Shown here one piece after another: positions 25,101 to 38,819 of a stretch of DNA of 64,000 bases. This DNA is from Eukaryota sp. TZLM1-RC (taxonomy: Eukaryota > Protista > Metamonada: BaSk clade): NCBI GenBank assembly GCA_040285825.1, contig JAUPSS010000001.1:2480001-2544000 (forward strand), in the 5' to 3' direction. The notes beneath the pieces are model-generated. The model saw only the letters and a program-made list of their open reading frames with translations, was not told where the DNA came from and searched no databases. Position 1 is the stretch's first letter. The number at the start of each line of letters is the position of its first letter. Both the position numbers and the translations under genes were made by a program.

Positions 25101-28100
25101 ATAGGAAAAAAGATTGATTTGACAACACAAACTGAGAGTCAATATTGAATAAATTTGAACAAAATAAATCATTATAGAGGGTAATAATGGAATATTCAAT
25201 GAAAAAATCCAAAAAAGCAACATTGTCATCAATGTATAAAGATGTATCTACTGAATAGATTCTTGAAGTAGAATTAAAATCGGAGATGAAAGCATTAGAC
25301 GAAGAAAACAACAAAAAAGAAAGCTCACTATTAGTAGATAAAACAACAGATGAAAAAGAAAAGGATAGACCTTCATTTCCAAACAAGTCAGTCCCCACAA
25401 GTTCAGCATAAGAGTTATAAAAGACAAAAGATTCAAACAACTCAACTACAGAAGAATAGAAAATAAAATTCCCAGAAAAAGATACATCAGTTCCATACAC
25501 CTTGAATTCAGATTGAGAAGTAAATTTGATTGTAGAGTTTGTATAAAAATCAAACCCACTGCCAGTGATTGACATTATCCCATCAAAAGGTCTTGTGTGA
25601 TTGGTAAGGCAATATTCATCATCTGCAACAAATAGAGATCGATGGGGACCATCTCCAAGTTCAAAGTAGACATTATCGTCAATAGTAAGAAACGCATTTG
25701 TGAGATAAATATCTTTAGAGCTCCACAATCCAGTATTTAGTAAAAAAACTTCATGATTATAAATAGCCCTTTCTTTAGTTGAGGCATAAGAATTTATGGG
25801 AGAATCGTCAAATAACGCTTCACCATTAACAAACGTTTTACTGAATGAATCTTTAAAAGTTAATTTACCACCAGTCCAGTGGTAATAAGTGGTTTGAATA
25901 TCAGTTTTGCCGGTTCTGGTACCATCAAAATGATAGAAATTGGTGATTGATATATCATTATTACAGGATGCATCAAAAATTGAGTTAAAAGTGAGGTAAA
26001 AATCAGAAAAAGATAAAGAACATTGATTATCATCAAGAATAAACTGAGAGTTTTCTTCTAAATAAACCTCAGTATTGACTGCAGTAATCATAGAATTTTC
26101 ATTAGATAACAAAATTGAATCATCATTAAGTTCAATAATAGAATCAGTCAAGAAAACCTTGGAATCATCAGTTAAAGTTATTTCAGCAGTGGACTGAGTT
26201 TCAAGCCTGTCAATTTGATTGATTTTAGCAGAGTTTAAAAGATTTAATTGTCCTGCATCCATTGATAAGTTAGAAATGTATTCAATAATTACTGAATCAT
26301 TAATCTCAATTAAACCAGATGAAAGTTTAAAATCTAAATCAGTTGAAATGGAATTATCAGTAAAATAGACAAAACCATCTATAATTTCTAAATTAGCTTC
26401 TGTTATTGAAGAATTAGAATTAAAAACCACAATTCGAGAATTATCTACCAACAAATCACCAGAAACAGAGTAATAACCAGAAACTTCAAAGTAGGAATCA
26501 GTGTCAGAAACGACAACATCACCATTTCCGGTAATTGTGGCAGTATTGGCAACTGAAAAAACACTATTAATTAACAACTTAGTATCAGAGCTTAGAGTAA
26601 AAATACCATTAAACAAGTTAGAAGGGGAATTAGTGACTACTTCTCCAGAAACAAGATTAAAGTCGCCATTGTTGTGGAATAAAGAATTAATAGTAAAAAC
26701 GTTGTCTTTTTCCTTATTTACAACTCCATGATTAACAAACAAGGAATCATCATTTGCATTATTAATGACCTCCACATCAGAACTTGAATCAACAGTAAAA
26801 ACACCATCATTATGAACGTTGAAGACAGCATCAGAATCTAAATAAATATCTTTTGAATTCCAAGTTGCAGTTCCTTTGAGTACGAGATCATGATTATAAA
26901 TAGCCCTTTCTTTAGTTGAGGTATAAGAATTTATGGGAGAATCGTCAAATAACGCTTCACCATTAACAAACGTTTTACTGAATGAATCTTTAAAAGTTAA
27001 TTTACCACCAGTCCATTGGTAATAAGTGGTTTGAATATCAGTTTTGCCAGTTCTGGTACCATCAAAATGATAGAAATTGGTGATTGATATATCATTATTA
27101 CAGGATGCATCAAAAATTGAGTTAAAAGTGAGGTAAAAATCAGAAAAAGATAAAGAACATTGATTATCATCAAGAAGAAACTGAGAGTTTTCTTCTAAAT
27201 AAACCTCAGTATTGACTGCAGTAATCATAGAATTTTCATTAGATAACAAAATTGAATCATCATTAAGTTCAATAATAGAATCAGTCAAGGAAACCTTGGA
27301 ATCATCAGTTAAAGTTATTTCAGCAGTGGAGTGGGTTTCAAGCCTGTCAATTTGATTGATTTTAGCAGAGTTTAAAAGATTTAATTGTCCTGCATCCATT
27401 GATAAGTTAGAAATGTATTCAATAATTACTGAATCATTAATCTCAATTAAACCAGATGAAAGTTTAAAATCTAAATCAGTTGAAATGGAATTATCAGTAA
27501 AATAGACTGAACCATCTACAATTTCTAAATTAGCTTCTGTTATTGAAGAATTAGAATTAAAAACCACAATTCGAGAATTATCTACCAACAAATCACCAGA
27601 AACAGAGTAATAACCAGAAACTTCAAAGTAGGAATCAGTGTCAGAAACGACAACATCACCATTTCCGGTAATTGTGGCAGTATTGGCAACTGAAAAATCA
27701 CTATTAATTAACAACTTAGTATCAGAGCTTAGAGTAAAAATACCATTAAACAAGTTAGAAGGGGAATTAGTGACTACTTCTCCAGAAACAAGATTAAAGT
27801 CGCCATTGTTGTGGAACAAAGAATTAATAGTAAAAACGTTGTCTTTTTTCGTATTTACAACTCCATGATTAACAAACAAGGAATCATCATTTGCATTATT
27901 AATGACCTCCACATCAGAACTTGAATCAACAGTAAAAACACCATCATTATGAACGTTGAAGACAGCATCAGATTCTAAATAAATATCTTTTGAATTCCAA
28001 GTTGCAGTTCCTTTGAGTACGAGTTCATGATTATAAATAGCCCTTTCTTTAGTTGAGGTATAAGAATTTATGGGAGAATCGTCAAATAAAGCTTCACCAT

Positions 28101-31100
28101 TAACAAACGTTTTACTGAATGAATCTTTAAAAGTTAATTTACCACCAGTCCAGTGGTAATAAGTGGTTTGAATATCAGTTTTGCCAGTTCTGGTACCATC
28201 AAAATGATAGAAATTGGTGATTGATATATCATTATTACAGGATGCATCAAAAATTGAGTTAAAAGTGAGGTAAAAATCAGAAAAAGATAAAGAACATTGA
28301 TTATCATCAAGAAGAAACTGAGAGTTTTCTTCTAAATAAACCTCAGTATTGACTGCAGTAATCATAGAATTTTCATTAGATAACAAAATTGAATCATCAT
28401 TAAGTTCAATAATAGAATCAGTCAAGGAAACCTTGGAATCATCAGTTAAAGTTATTTCAGCAGTGGAGTGGGTTTCAAGCCTGTCAATTTGATTGATTTT
28501 AGCAGAGTTTAAAAGATTTAATTGTCCTGCATCCATTGATAAGTTAGAAATGTATTCAATAATTACTGAATCATTAATCTCAATTAAACCAGATGAAAGT
28601 TTAAAATCTAAATCATTTGAAATGGAATTATCAGTAAAATAGACAAAACCATCTACAATTTCTAAATTAGCTTCTGTTATTGAAGAATTAGAATTAAAAA
28701 CCACAATTCGAGAATTATCTACCAACAAATCACCAGAAACAGAGTAATAACCAGAAACTTCAAAGTAGGAATCAGTGTCAGAAACGACAACATCACCATT
28801 TCCGGTAATTGTGGCAGTATTGGCAACTGAAAAAACACTATTAATTAACAACTTAGTATCAGAGCTTAGAGTAAAAATACCATTAAACAAGTTAGAAGGG
28901 GAATTAGTGACTACTTCTCCAGAAACAAGATTAAAGTCGCCATTGTTGTGGAATAAAGAATTAATAGTAAAAACGTTGTCTTTTTCCTTATTTACAACTC
29001 CATGATTAACAAACAAGGAATCATCATTTGCATTATTAATGACCTCCACATCAGAACTTGAATCAACAGTAAAAACACCATCATTATGAACGTTGAAGAC
29101 AGCATCAGAATCTAAATAAATATCTTTTGAATTCCAAGTTGCAGTTCCTTTGAGTACGAGTTCATGATTATAAATAGCCCTTTCTTTAGTTGAGGTATAA
29201 GAATTTATGGGAGAATCGTCAAATAACGCTTCACCATTAACAAACGTTTTACTGAATGAATCTTTAAAAGTTAATTTACCACCAGTCCAGTGGTAATAAG
29301 TGGTTTGAATATCAGTTTTTGCCAGTTCTGGTACCATCAAAATGATAGAAATTGGTGATTGATATATCATTATTACAGGATGCATCAAAAATTGAGTTAA
29401 AAAGTGAGGTAAAAAAATCAGAAAAAGATAAAGAACATTGATTATCATCAAGAAGAAACTGAGAGTTTTTCTTCTAAATAAACCTCAGTATTGACTGCAG
29501 TAATCATAGAATTTTTGATTAGATAACAAAATTGAATCATCATTAAGTTCAATAATAGAATCAGTCAAGGAAACCTTGGAATCATCAGTTAAAGTTATTT
29601 CAGCAGTGGAGTGGGTTTCAAGCCTGTCAATTTGATTGATTTTTAGCAGAGTTTAAAAAGATTTAATTGTCCTGCATCCATTGATAAGTTAGAAATGTAT
29701 TCAATAATTACTGAATCATTAATCTCAATTAAACCAGATGAAAGTTTAAAATCTAAATCAGTTGAAATGGAATTATCAGTAAAATAGACAAAACCATCTA
29801 TAATTTCTAAATTAGCTTCTGTTATTGAAGAATTAGAATTAAAAACCACAATTCGAGAATTATCTACCAACAAATCACCAGAAACAGAGTAATAACCAGA
29901 AACTTCAAAGTAGGAATCAGTGTCAGAAACGAGAACATCACCATTTCCGGTAATTGTGGCAGTATTGGCAACTGAAAAATCACTATTAATTAACAACTTA
30001 GTATCAGAGCTTAGAGTAAAAATACCATTAAACAAGTTAGAAGGGGAATTAGTGACTACTTCTCCAGAAACAAGATTAAAGTCGCCATTGTTGTGGAACA
30101 AAGAATTAATAGTAAAAACGTTGTCTTTTTTCGTATTTACAACTCCATGATTAACAAACAAGGAATCATCATTTGCATTATTAATGACCTCCACATCAGA
30201 ACTTGAATCAACAGTAAAAACACCATCATTATGAACGTTGAAGACAGCATCAGATTCTAAATAAATATCTTTTGAATTCCAAGTTGCAGTTCCTTTGAGT
30301 ACGAGTTCATGATTATAAATAACCCTTTCTTTAGTTGAGGTATAAGAATTTATGGGAGAATCGTCAAATAAAGCTTCACCATTAACAAACGTTTTACTGA
30401 ATGAATCTTTAAAAGTTAATTTACCACCAGTCCAGTGGTGATAAGTGGTTTGAATATCAGTTTTGCCAGTTCTGGTACCATCAAAATGATAGAAATTGGT
30501 GATTGATATATCATTATTACAGGATGCATCAAAAATTGAGTTAAAAGTGAGGTAAAAATCAGAAAAAGATAAAGAACATTGATTATCATCAAGAAGAAAC
30601 TGAGAGTTTTCTTCTAAATAAACCTCAGTATTGACTGCAGTAATCATAGAATTTTTCATTAGATAACAAAAATTGAATCATCATTAAGTTCAATAATAGA
30701 ATCAGTCAAAGGAAACCTTGGAATCATCAGTTAAAGTTATTTCAGCAGTGGAGTGGGTTTCAAGCCTGTCAATTTGATTGATTTTTAGCAGAGTTTAAAA
30801 AGATTTAATTGTCCTGCATCCATTGATAAGTTAGAAATGTATTCAATAATTACTGAATCATTAATCTCAATTAAACCAGATGAAAGTTTAAAATCTAAAT
30901 CATTTGAAATGGAATTATCAGTAAAATAGACAAAACCATCTACAATTTCTAAATTAGCTTCTGTTATTGAAGAATTAGAATTAAAAAAACCACAATTCGA
31001 GAATTATCTACCAACAAATCACCAGAAACAGAGTAATAACCAGAAACTTCAAAGTAGGAATCAGTGTCAGAAACGAGAACATCACCATTTCCGGTAATTG

Positions 31101-34100
31101 TGGCAGTATTGGCAACTGAAAAATCACTATTAATTAACAACTTAGTATCAGAGCTTAGAGTAAAAAAATACCATTAAACAAGTTAGAAGGGGAATTAGTG
31201 ACTACTTCTCCAGAAACAAGATTAAAGTCGCCATTGTTGTGGAATAAAGAATTAATAGTAAAAACGTTGTCTTTTTCCTTATTTACAACTCCATGATTAA
31301 CAAACAAGGAATCATCATTTGCATTATTAATGACCTCCACATCAGAACTTGAATCAACAGTAAAAACACCATCATTATGAACGTTGAAGACAGCATCAGA
31401 TTCTAAATAAATATCTTTTGAATTCCAAGTTGCAGTTCCTTTGAGTACGAGTTCATGATTATAAATAGCCCTTTCTTTAGTTGAGGTATAAGAATTTATG
31501 GGAGAATCGTCAAATAAAGCTTCACCATTAACAAACGTTTCACTGAATGAATCTTTAAAAGTTAATTTACCACCAGTCCAGTGGTAATAAGTGGTTTGAA
31601 TATCAGTTTTGCCAGTTCTGGTACCATCAAAATGATAGAAATTGGTGATTGAAATATCATTATTACAGGATGCATCAAAAATTGAGTTAAAAGTGAGGTA
31701 AAAATCAGAAAAAGATAAAGAACATTGATTATCATCAAGAATAAACTGAGAGTCTTCTTCTAAATAAACCTCAGTATTGACTGCAGTAATCGTAGAATTT
31801 TCATTAGATAACAATATTGAATCATCATTAAGTTCAATAATAGAATCAGTCAAGGAAACCTTGGAATCATCAGTTAAAGTTATTTCAGCAGTGGAGTGGG
31901 TTTCAAGCCTGTCAATTTGATTGATTTTAGCAGAGTTTAAAAGATTTAATTGTCCTGCATCCATTGATAAGTTAGAAATGTATTCAATAATTACTGAATC
32001 ATTAATCTCAATTAAACCAGATGAAAGTTTAAAATCTAAATCATTTGAAATGGAATTATCAGTAAAATAGACTGAACCATCTATAATTTCTAAATTAGCT
32101 TCTGTTATTGAAGAATTAGAATTAAAAACCACAATTCGAGAATTATCTACCAACAAATCACCAGAAACAGAGTAATAACCAGAAACTTCAAAGTAGGAAT
32201 CAGTGTCAGAAACGACAACATCACCATTTCCGGTAATTGTGGCAGTATTGGCAACTGAAAAATCACTATTAATTAACAACTTAGTATCAGAGCTTAGAGT
32301 AAAAATACCATTAAACAAGTTAGAAGGGGAATTAGTGACTACTTCTCCAGAAACAAGATTAAAGTCGCCATTGTTGTGGAATAAAGAATTAATAGTAAAA
32401 ACGTTGTCTTTTTCCTTATTTACAACTCCATGATTAACAAACAAGGAATCATCATTTGCATTATTAATGACCTCCACATCAGAACTTGAATCAACAGTAA
32501 AAACACCATCATTATGAACGTTGAAGACAGCATCAGATTCTAAATAAATATCTTTTGAATTCCAAGTTGCAGTTCCTTTGAGTACGAGTTCATGATTATA
32601 AATAGCCCTTTCTTTAGTTGAGGTATAAGAATTTATGGGAGAATCGTCAAATAAAGCTTCACCATTAACAAACGTACTACTGAATGAATCTTTAAAAGTT
32701 AATTTACCACCAGTCCAGTGGTAATAAGTGGTTTGAATATCAGTTTTGCCAGTTCTGGTACCATCAAAATGATAGAAATTGGTGATTGATATATCATTAT
32801 TACAGGATGCATCAAATTTAGCATTATTTAATAACCAAAGAGTGGCCAATTCAAACACACTAGCACTAGACTCAATTACAAATATAGAAGAATCGGTCAA
32901 CTTTAAATCACTAGAGGTGAGATTTGTTACAGCTGACTGTTTAATCTCAACTCTTGAATTATCTATGAGTTCCCACAGGACTGAATTAGCAACTAAAGTA
33001 GCAGAATCAGTAATTTCAAGACTACCAAAATCACTCAATTTAAGATGACCCGTAAATTCAACAATGGAAGAACCTTTGGCTTCAAAGCCAGCATTGTTTT
33101 CTAAATACATGTTAGTAAATGTTATATTAGAATAATCTAAGGTGGAAACAGTTCCTCCAACAAAAGACTGCAAATTAACTAAACCTAGAGAGTGGTCTTT
33201 AAAGGTAACAACACCACCAATTACATCAATATTGACTTTTTCAATAATTGCATCACCACAAAACTCAATTGAACCATCATAAAGCTCAACAATGCCCGTA
33301 AAATTAGTAAAACCAGATGAATTCAGAAACGAAAAAGGGTAATTGAGATAAATAATGGATGAACCAAGTAGCGATCCGTCACCTTTGAGAACCAGATCCG
33401 ACTCGAGGTGTAAAATTCCATTAGTATCTACTTCAACAGTACCAGTTTCAACAACAGCCCGTTCTAAAATAGTAGTATTCCCAGTAATGAGTTTTAAATA
33501 ACCGTCAGAAAATGAAGCAACGTCGAAATAAAACCCATTTGGAGCTGTTATAGACAAATACCCATTGTTGATAAAGTATGATTCAGAATTAATTCCAAGT
33601 AAAGACGTCTTCTCCCCCTGTGTAATTGCAAATGAATGCTGCGTTCCGCCTCCTACGAATAAAGCATGTCCATGAAGTTCTATGACAGGAGTTTCTTGTA
33701 CAGAGCCAGCTGAATCTAAGCCCCAACTATAAACTCTTCTATCACTTCGAGTGGCAAATGATTGGTAAGCATGAGCTGACACTTCAACTATACCAGATAT
33801 AGATGAAACGATAACTGGGACATAAGAGTTCTCAAAAGAACCAATACCAAGCTGTCCTTCAATATTCCTTCCCCAAGCATAAACTTCTCCTTGATCATTC
33901 AAAGCAAGCGTGTGGAAATGACCACAGAAAACTTGAACCACATCAGAAAGTGATGATATTTGAATTGGAGTGGTAGACTCAATAAAAGAAGATCCAATTC
34001 CCAGTTGGCCTTGATCATTAGAACCCATTGCAATTACACTTCCATCAACAGTTAAAAACACTGAGTGACCACTCCCAGCACTTACTTGAACAGGATTAGA

Positions 34101-37100
34101 ATAAGAATCAACCAACACAGGGGAATAATGATCATCATAAGACCCAACTCCAAGCTGACCACCATTTCCCCAGCCAAAACTATAAACCTCTCCATTGTTT
34201 AGAGAAACAACACTATGAGAATCTCCAGTAGCAATGTCAAACACTGAGTCAAAACCTACCAAATTGACCCTAGTGGGAACATCTCTATCTACATTATCGC
34301 CCAATCCTAATTGTCCATTAACGTTTCTTCCCCAAACCCAAAGCTCTCCAATATCACTAATTGCCAAATTATGATCTAACCCACTGACTACTTTTACAAC
34401 AGGAGCAAACAAGGGTAAAGGTTGAGGTGATAGTGAAGAGAATCCCAATCCATTCTGACCAAAAGTGTTATCACCCCATGCATACAAAAAACCTGAATCA
34501 AGCAAAGCTAATGAGTGAGAAGAACCACCAACAATTGAGAGAACCAAACCTGGAATTGTTAAAACAGTTGGTGATGAATGTGCTGTATAATCACCAGTGC
34601 CTAATTGGCCATAATCATTTAAACCCCAAGTAAAAAGTTCTTGAATACTGATATGTGCTATGGAATCTTCTTCTAACACGAATTTCCCTTGATGAATGCT
34701 TAAATCCAACAAATTCCAATCCAAGTTTCCACTAATCCGCAGCTCATGACTCACTATAGAGCGTTCCTTACTAGGACTAATTCTATCTACACCAAAAGCA
34801 GCATTACCAGTTACCAAAGTAGTAGAGACAATAGACCGAGAAGTTAACAAACCACCTGTCCAATGATAAAGATTAGAGACATGAATATCGACATCACCAG
34901 ATCTGGTTCCATGAAAGTGGAAAAAGTTTGAAATGGTTGCCACAGCAGAATTGTCAAAGGAAACATCAAAAATTGAATCATGTAAAAGCTTGAGCGAATC
35001 AATAGTAAATTCACCAGCGGAAGCATCATTGATACGAAAGATAGCACTGTTTAATAACTCAATATCCGCAAACTTAACACCAATGTCAACTCCAAGTGAA
35101 ACAGCTAATTGTGACGAATCTGAGAGAGATAATTGGGAATTTTGAAACAAAACATTGGCATTTTGACTTACATCAACGTGACCCGAATTAGATAGAGAAA
35201 CATCGCCAAAGGTAACATCAGCAGAACCCTTGATTTCAGCATTTCCATTAATAATGGACAATGAAGCAAACTCATCTATTTGAGCATCATCTGTGATAGT
35301 TAAAATACCTTCACCCTCAATTAAAACTTCCAATAAATGAGCGTGGGAGTTTTGATTAATGTGTAAAGAACCGCTTTCTAAACTGAAAGTACCGTTAAAG
35401 TATGAAAAACTAGTAAACTCTGCTAGACCTAGATCAAGTAAAACCTTTTCACTACAGGCAAAACTACCACGAACTTCTAAATGAGAGTCCAAATTCGCCA
35501 AAAGAACATCGCTTTGAGAATTAAAAGATGACAGGGAATCAATAATAAAATGATCAGATACAACCAACTGACAAGGAGTTTGAACAACAACATCCCCAGC
35601 AGTGGCACGTGAATGATGGTTCAAATCAAAGATTCCAGCTTCCAAAGACAGTAAGCCTGTGGAGTGCAGATAAGCATTGAGAGTAAACGAGGCTGTCTCA
35701 GTTTTACTGAGAGTTCCTTCTATAAAGAAAACTGAACCATCATCCAATTGAATTAACTCCAAAGAATCAGTATTACGAATATCAAGGATACTTCCAGAAA
35801 CCACAGAAAAGCTAGACTCATTGTCTAAAATTAAGTTATCCCTTGCCCATTCCCCATTTCCTAACAATAAAAGATCATGATTATCAATGGTACGAGATAC
35901 TGTTGGCAAAGGAGATTCGCTTGAATGATCTAAAAGTAAACTGCCAAGGACAAGGGTACTAGATTTAGTAGTGGATGTTAACAGACCGCCAGTCCAATGG
36001 CATAGACTTGAAATTGTTATATTTGAAGATCCAGACCTTGTACCATCCCAAATATAGAGATTATTAATGTTAATAACAAATGGTGAAGAGAAATTCACCT
36101 CTGAATCTTCTCTCAACCAAAGATTAAGTAAGTTGTCAAGATTAGCTTCAACATTCACTTTGCCATTGTAAACGTCAATGTTACCAATTGTTAGGGTGTT
36201 GAACCCTAATAAATTCAGTATTCCGGCATTTTCAACTATAATCTTACCAGTAAAATCTACTTCTCCAAGAGTAGTCAACTGGGCGTCATTCCCATTAACA
36301 TTAATAATAGAATGCCCAGTTAATTTTCCCCCAGCATTTATGTCAAAGTTGTTTTCAATAATGACCTTAGAATTTCCTTGAACAGCAACATCACCAGTAA
36401 CTTCTACTGGTCCTTTGAAATAGATATCATCATCAAATATAGTTACTGTGCCATCAATAAAGGCATTATTTTCTATTACAAAAACACCAGGAGAAAAAAC
36501 ATTAAGGGTGCCATCTACTGTTAATTGCCCATTATCACCCGTAAATGAAGCAAACCCACCAATTGAGTATGTAAAAAAATGATAACTACCAGCAGAAACA
36601 ATAAAATTCGAACCATGAGCTTGAAAGAATTGGTGAGGTTCCAAATACTGAAGACTACCAGAAATTCTACCCCAAATGTGAACAAAACCTTCTATATCAA
36701 CAGCATATGAAGCTTGAGCAGTAGCTCCTACCCTAATTACTAAATTGGGCAGAGAAACTTGGTGCAAGTCAGATACAGAACTTTCAGTATTCCCATTTCC
36801 TATTTGGCCGTACCAATTACTACCGGCGGTTCTAGCTGTTCCATCCATTGCCAAGTAGATATAATGATCATCTCCAGGACTCATTTCAGTAATTCCCAAT
36901 TCAGTTAAAGCAGAAGAATAGGTAGGCTGATTGATAGTATTAGAAGTACTTCCCAATGCCAAATATCCTCCACTATTACTACCCCAGCCATAAACATCAC
37001 CATTTTCAAGTATAACTAAAGTATTCGAAGCACCAGCAGACATCCTGACAGCCGGTATAGTACCATCTGAAATAGTAATGCTTTCAAAAACAGTTGTTCC

Positions 37101-38213
37101 ACTTCCTGCTCCTTCCCTTCCTAATCTACCATTTTGATTATTCCCAACAGTAAAAACCGTCCCTTCCAAATCAATAACCGCTGAATGACTGTGACCTCCA
37201 ACAATAGCTTTGGCAAGCAAAGGAGTACCACCAACAGTAACAATAGTAGGGAATTCGACATTATCACGATGTCCCAGGCCTAATTGACCATTATCGTTGG
37301 CTCCCCACGTGTAAACTTGGTTATCCGTATCTAATGCTAAAGAATGATCCATTCCAGCAAAGATAGTGGTAAAACTGGCATTAACATTGGTAATTAATGT
37401 AGGACTCGTATAGTAGGAATCACCACTGCCATGTCCCCCTTGTCCTGACCCATGACACCCCCAACTGAGTAAATCTCCATTGGATAATAAAGCAAGAGAA
37501 TGAGAGAGACCAGCAGAGATATCAACTATATCCCCTGTAACCCCGACTCTGACTGGTTCGTTTCTGTTGGTAATACTGCCATCCCCGAGCTGGCCCTTGT
37601 CATTAGCACCCCATGCATAGAGAGAGTTTTGGCTTGTTATGGTCAAAGAGGCATGGGTATCTATTATGAATTCAGAAGCCGACACAAGATTCACAGATCC
37701 GGTAATAATGTCACCATTACCAAGTAAATGCAACACATGGTTGTCAAGTGTATGATCCACAGGTTCAGTAATGGAGAGATCACCGGAAGACTCGATGATG
37801 GTAGAACAGGGAAGGGATGAGGAAGAGAAAGACCCACCGGTCCAGTGTAGGGTACCACTAATGTTGAAGGTATAGCAGGTGTGAAAGGAAAGAGATACAA
37901 AGGGTGGAAGTTCCAAGTTCCGAATATAAACATCTTCATCAATAGCTATGGTTATCGGCGAACCGCATGAAGAGGGGAAAATAACCGTAGATTCAGGAGA
38001 GGGAACAGATGAAAGATCCCAGTTAGCGTGATCTGCCCAGTTTCCTGATGAACAAGAGTTCCAATGATGAGTGGTGGTGGAGACAGTAGTGCAAAACAAA
38101 AGAACTAGCAACCAGATGAGTAAACAGTGGACTGCATGTATCATGTATAAAGCTGTACAAAGATGTAGTGTGTTACTATTAATAATCCAATTTGCCATCT
38201 CAATGGATTTCAT
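22159..38213 (-). CDS. Giant (~5,300 aa) type-I membrane/surface protein: signal peptide, beta-solenoid-like regions, two RCC1/BLIP-II repeat regions, ~6 x 379-aa repeats, PSI-like Cys domain, one TM helix, Pro/Lys-rich tail; split into three ORFs by homopolymer indels
   Basis: ORFs 31155-38213, 29643-30659 and 22159-29451 are colinear parts of one repeat series. Signal peptide follows M at 38144; many (Y/F)xWGxNxxGQLG motifs; CGDCSILPRCGWSGTDGHC; TM WWLLLLFIIIILLFMYY. Breaks coincide with extra A/T in runs between 29.3 and 31.2 kb. Confidence 0.85.
25751..32817 (-). repeat. Intragenic tandem repeat, 1137-bp (379-aa) unit, ~6.2 copies
   Basis: Marker ggatgcatcaaa recurs at ~25966, 27103, 28240, 29378, 30522, 31668 and 32806; units are nearly identical. 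Confidence 0.97.
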
Positions 38214-38819
38214 TTTTAACTGATTTACGTTTCATCTTTATTGTTATGCTTGTCGAGCATTACAACCATACGTTCAATATAAAAAAAAGGAAAAATTGGA
38301 GAACTTGAATCAATTACTTCTTGTATAAAGAATAAAGCTAAATATAAATGCTCTCTAATATGAAGTTTATATTGTCCATCAAAGTTCTAAATTCATCTAC
38401 ATGACTGAAGCGATAAGTACATTTTTCAAATTTATCTATACCAAAGTATGCACGTTTAGTTGCTTTGAAACTTATTCTCAGTGTCTGATTATATAAATTG
38501 TTAATTTTTTAACTTCTTACATTATGATAATGGCCCCATAATATCACTTAAAAATGAAAAGAACAATTCTAGTTCACTTAATTTTGGTAAGTTTGGCAAA
38601 CAAAAAATTACATCTTCAAAGTTTACATTCATATATAATAATTTGAAATTTTAAAGTAGAAATTGTAAGTCAATAAGAGACTGTAAAGGCAGAACTTATG
38701 CAGTCAGATCTGCAATGATGATGATAAATCTAAGACCTTAAATTCATCACCGCCCATATTTTAATGGATGACAGCGGTACACACTATTCCTTTTTTATTA
38801 CATAATTAATTTCAAAGAA

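Noticed and set aside
26501-32433. Repeated plus-strand 76-aa ORFs (MSETTTSPF...) and minus-strand 84-aa ORFs at 52-54 kb
   Set aside because: Antisense shadows of the coding repeats.
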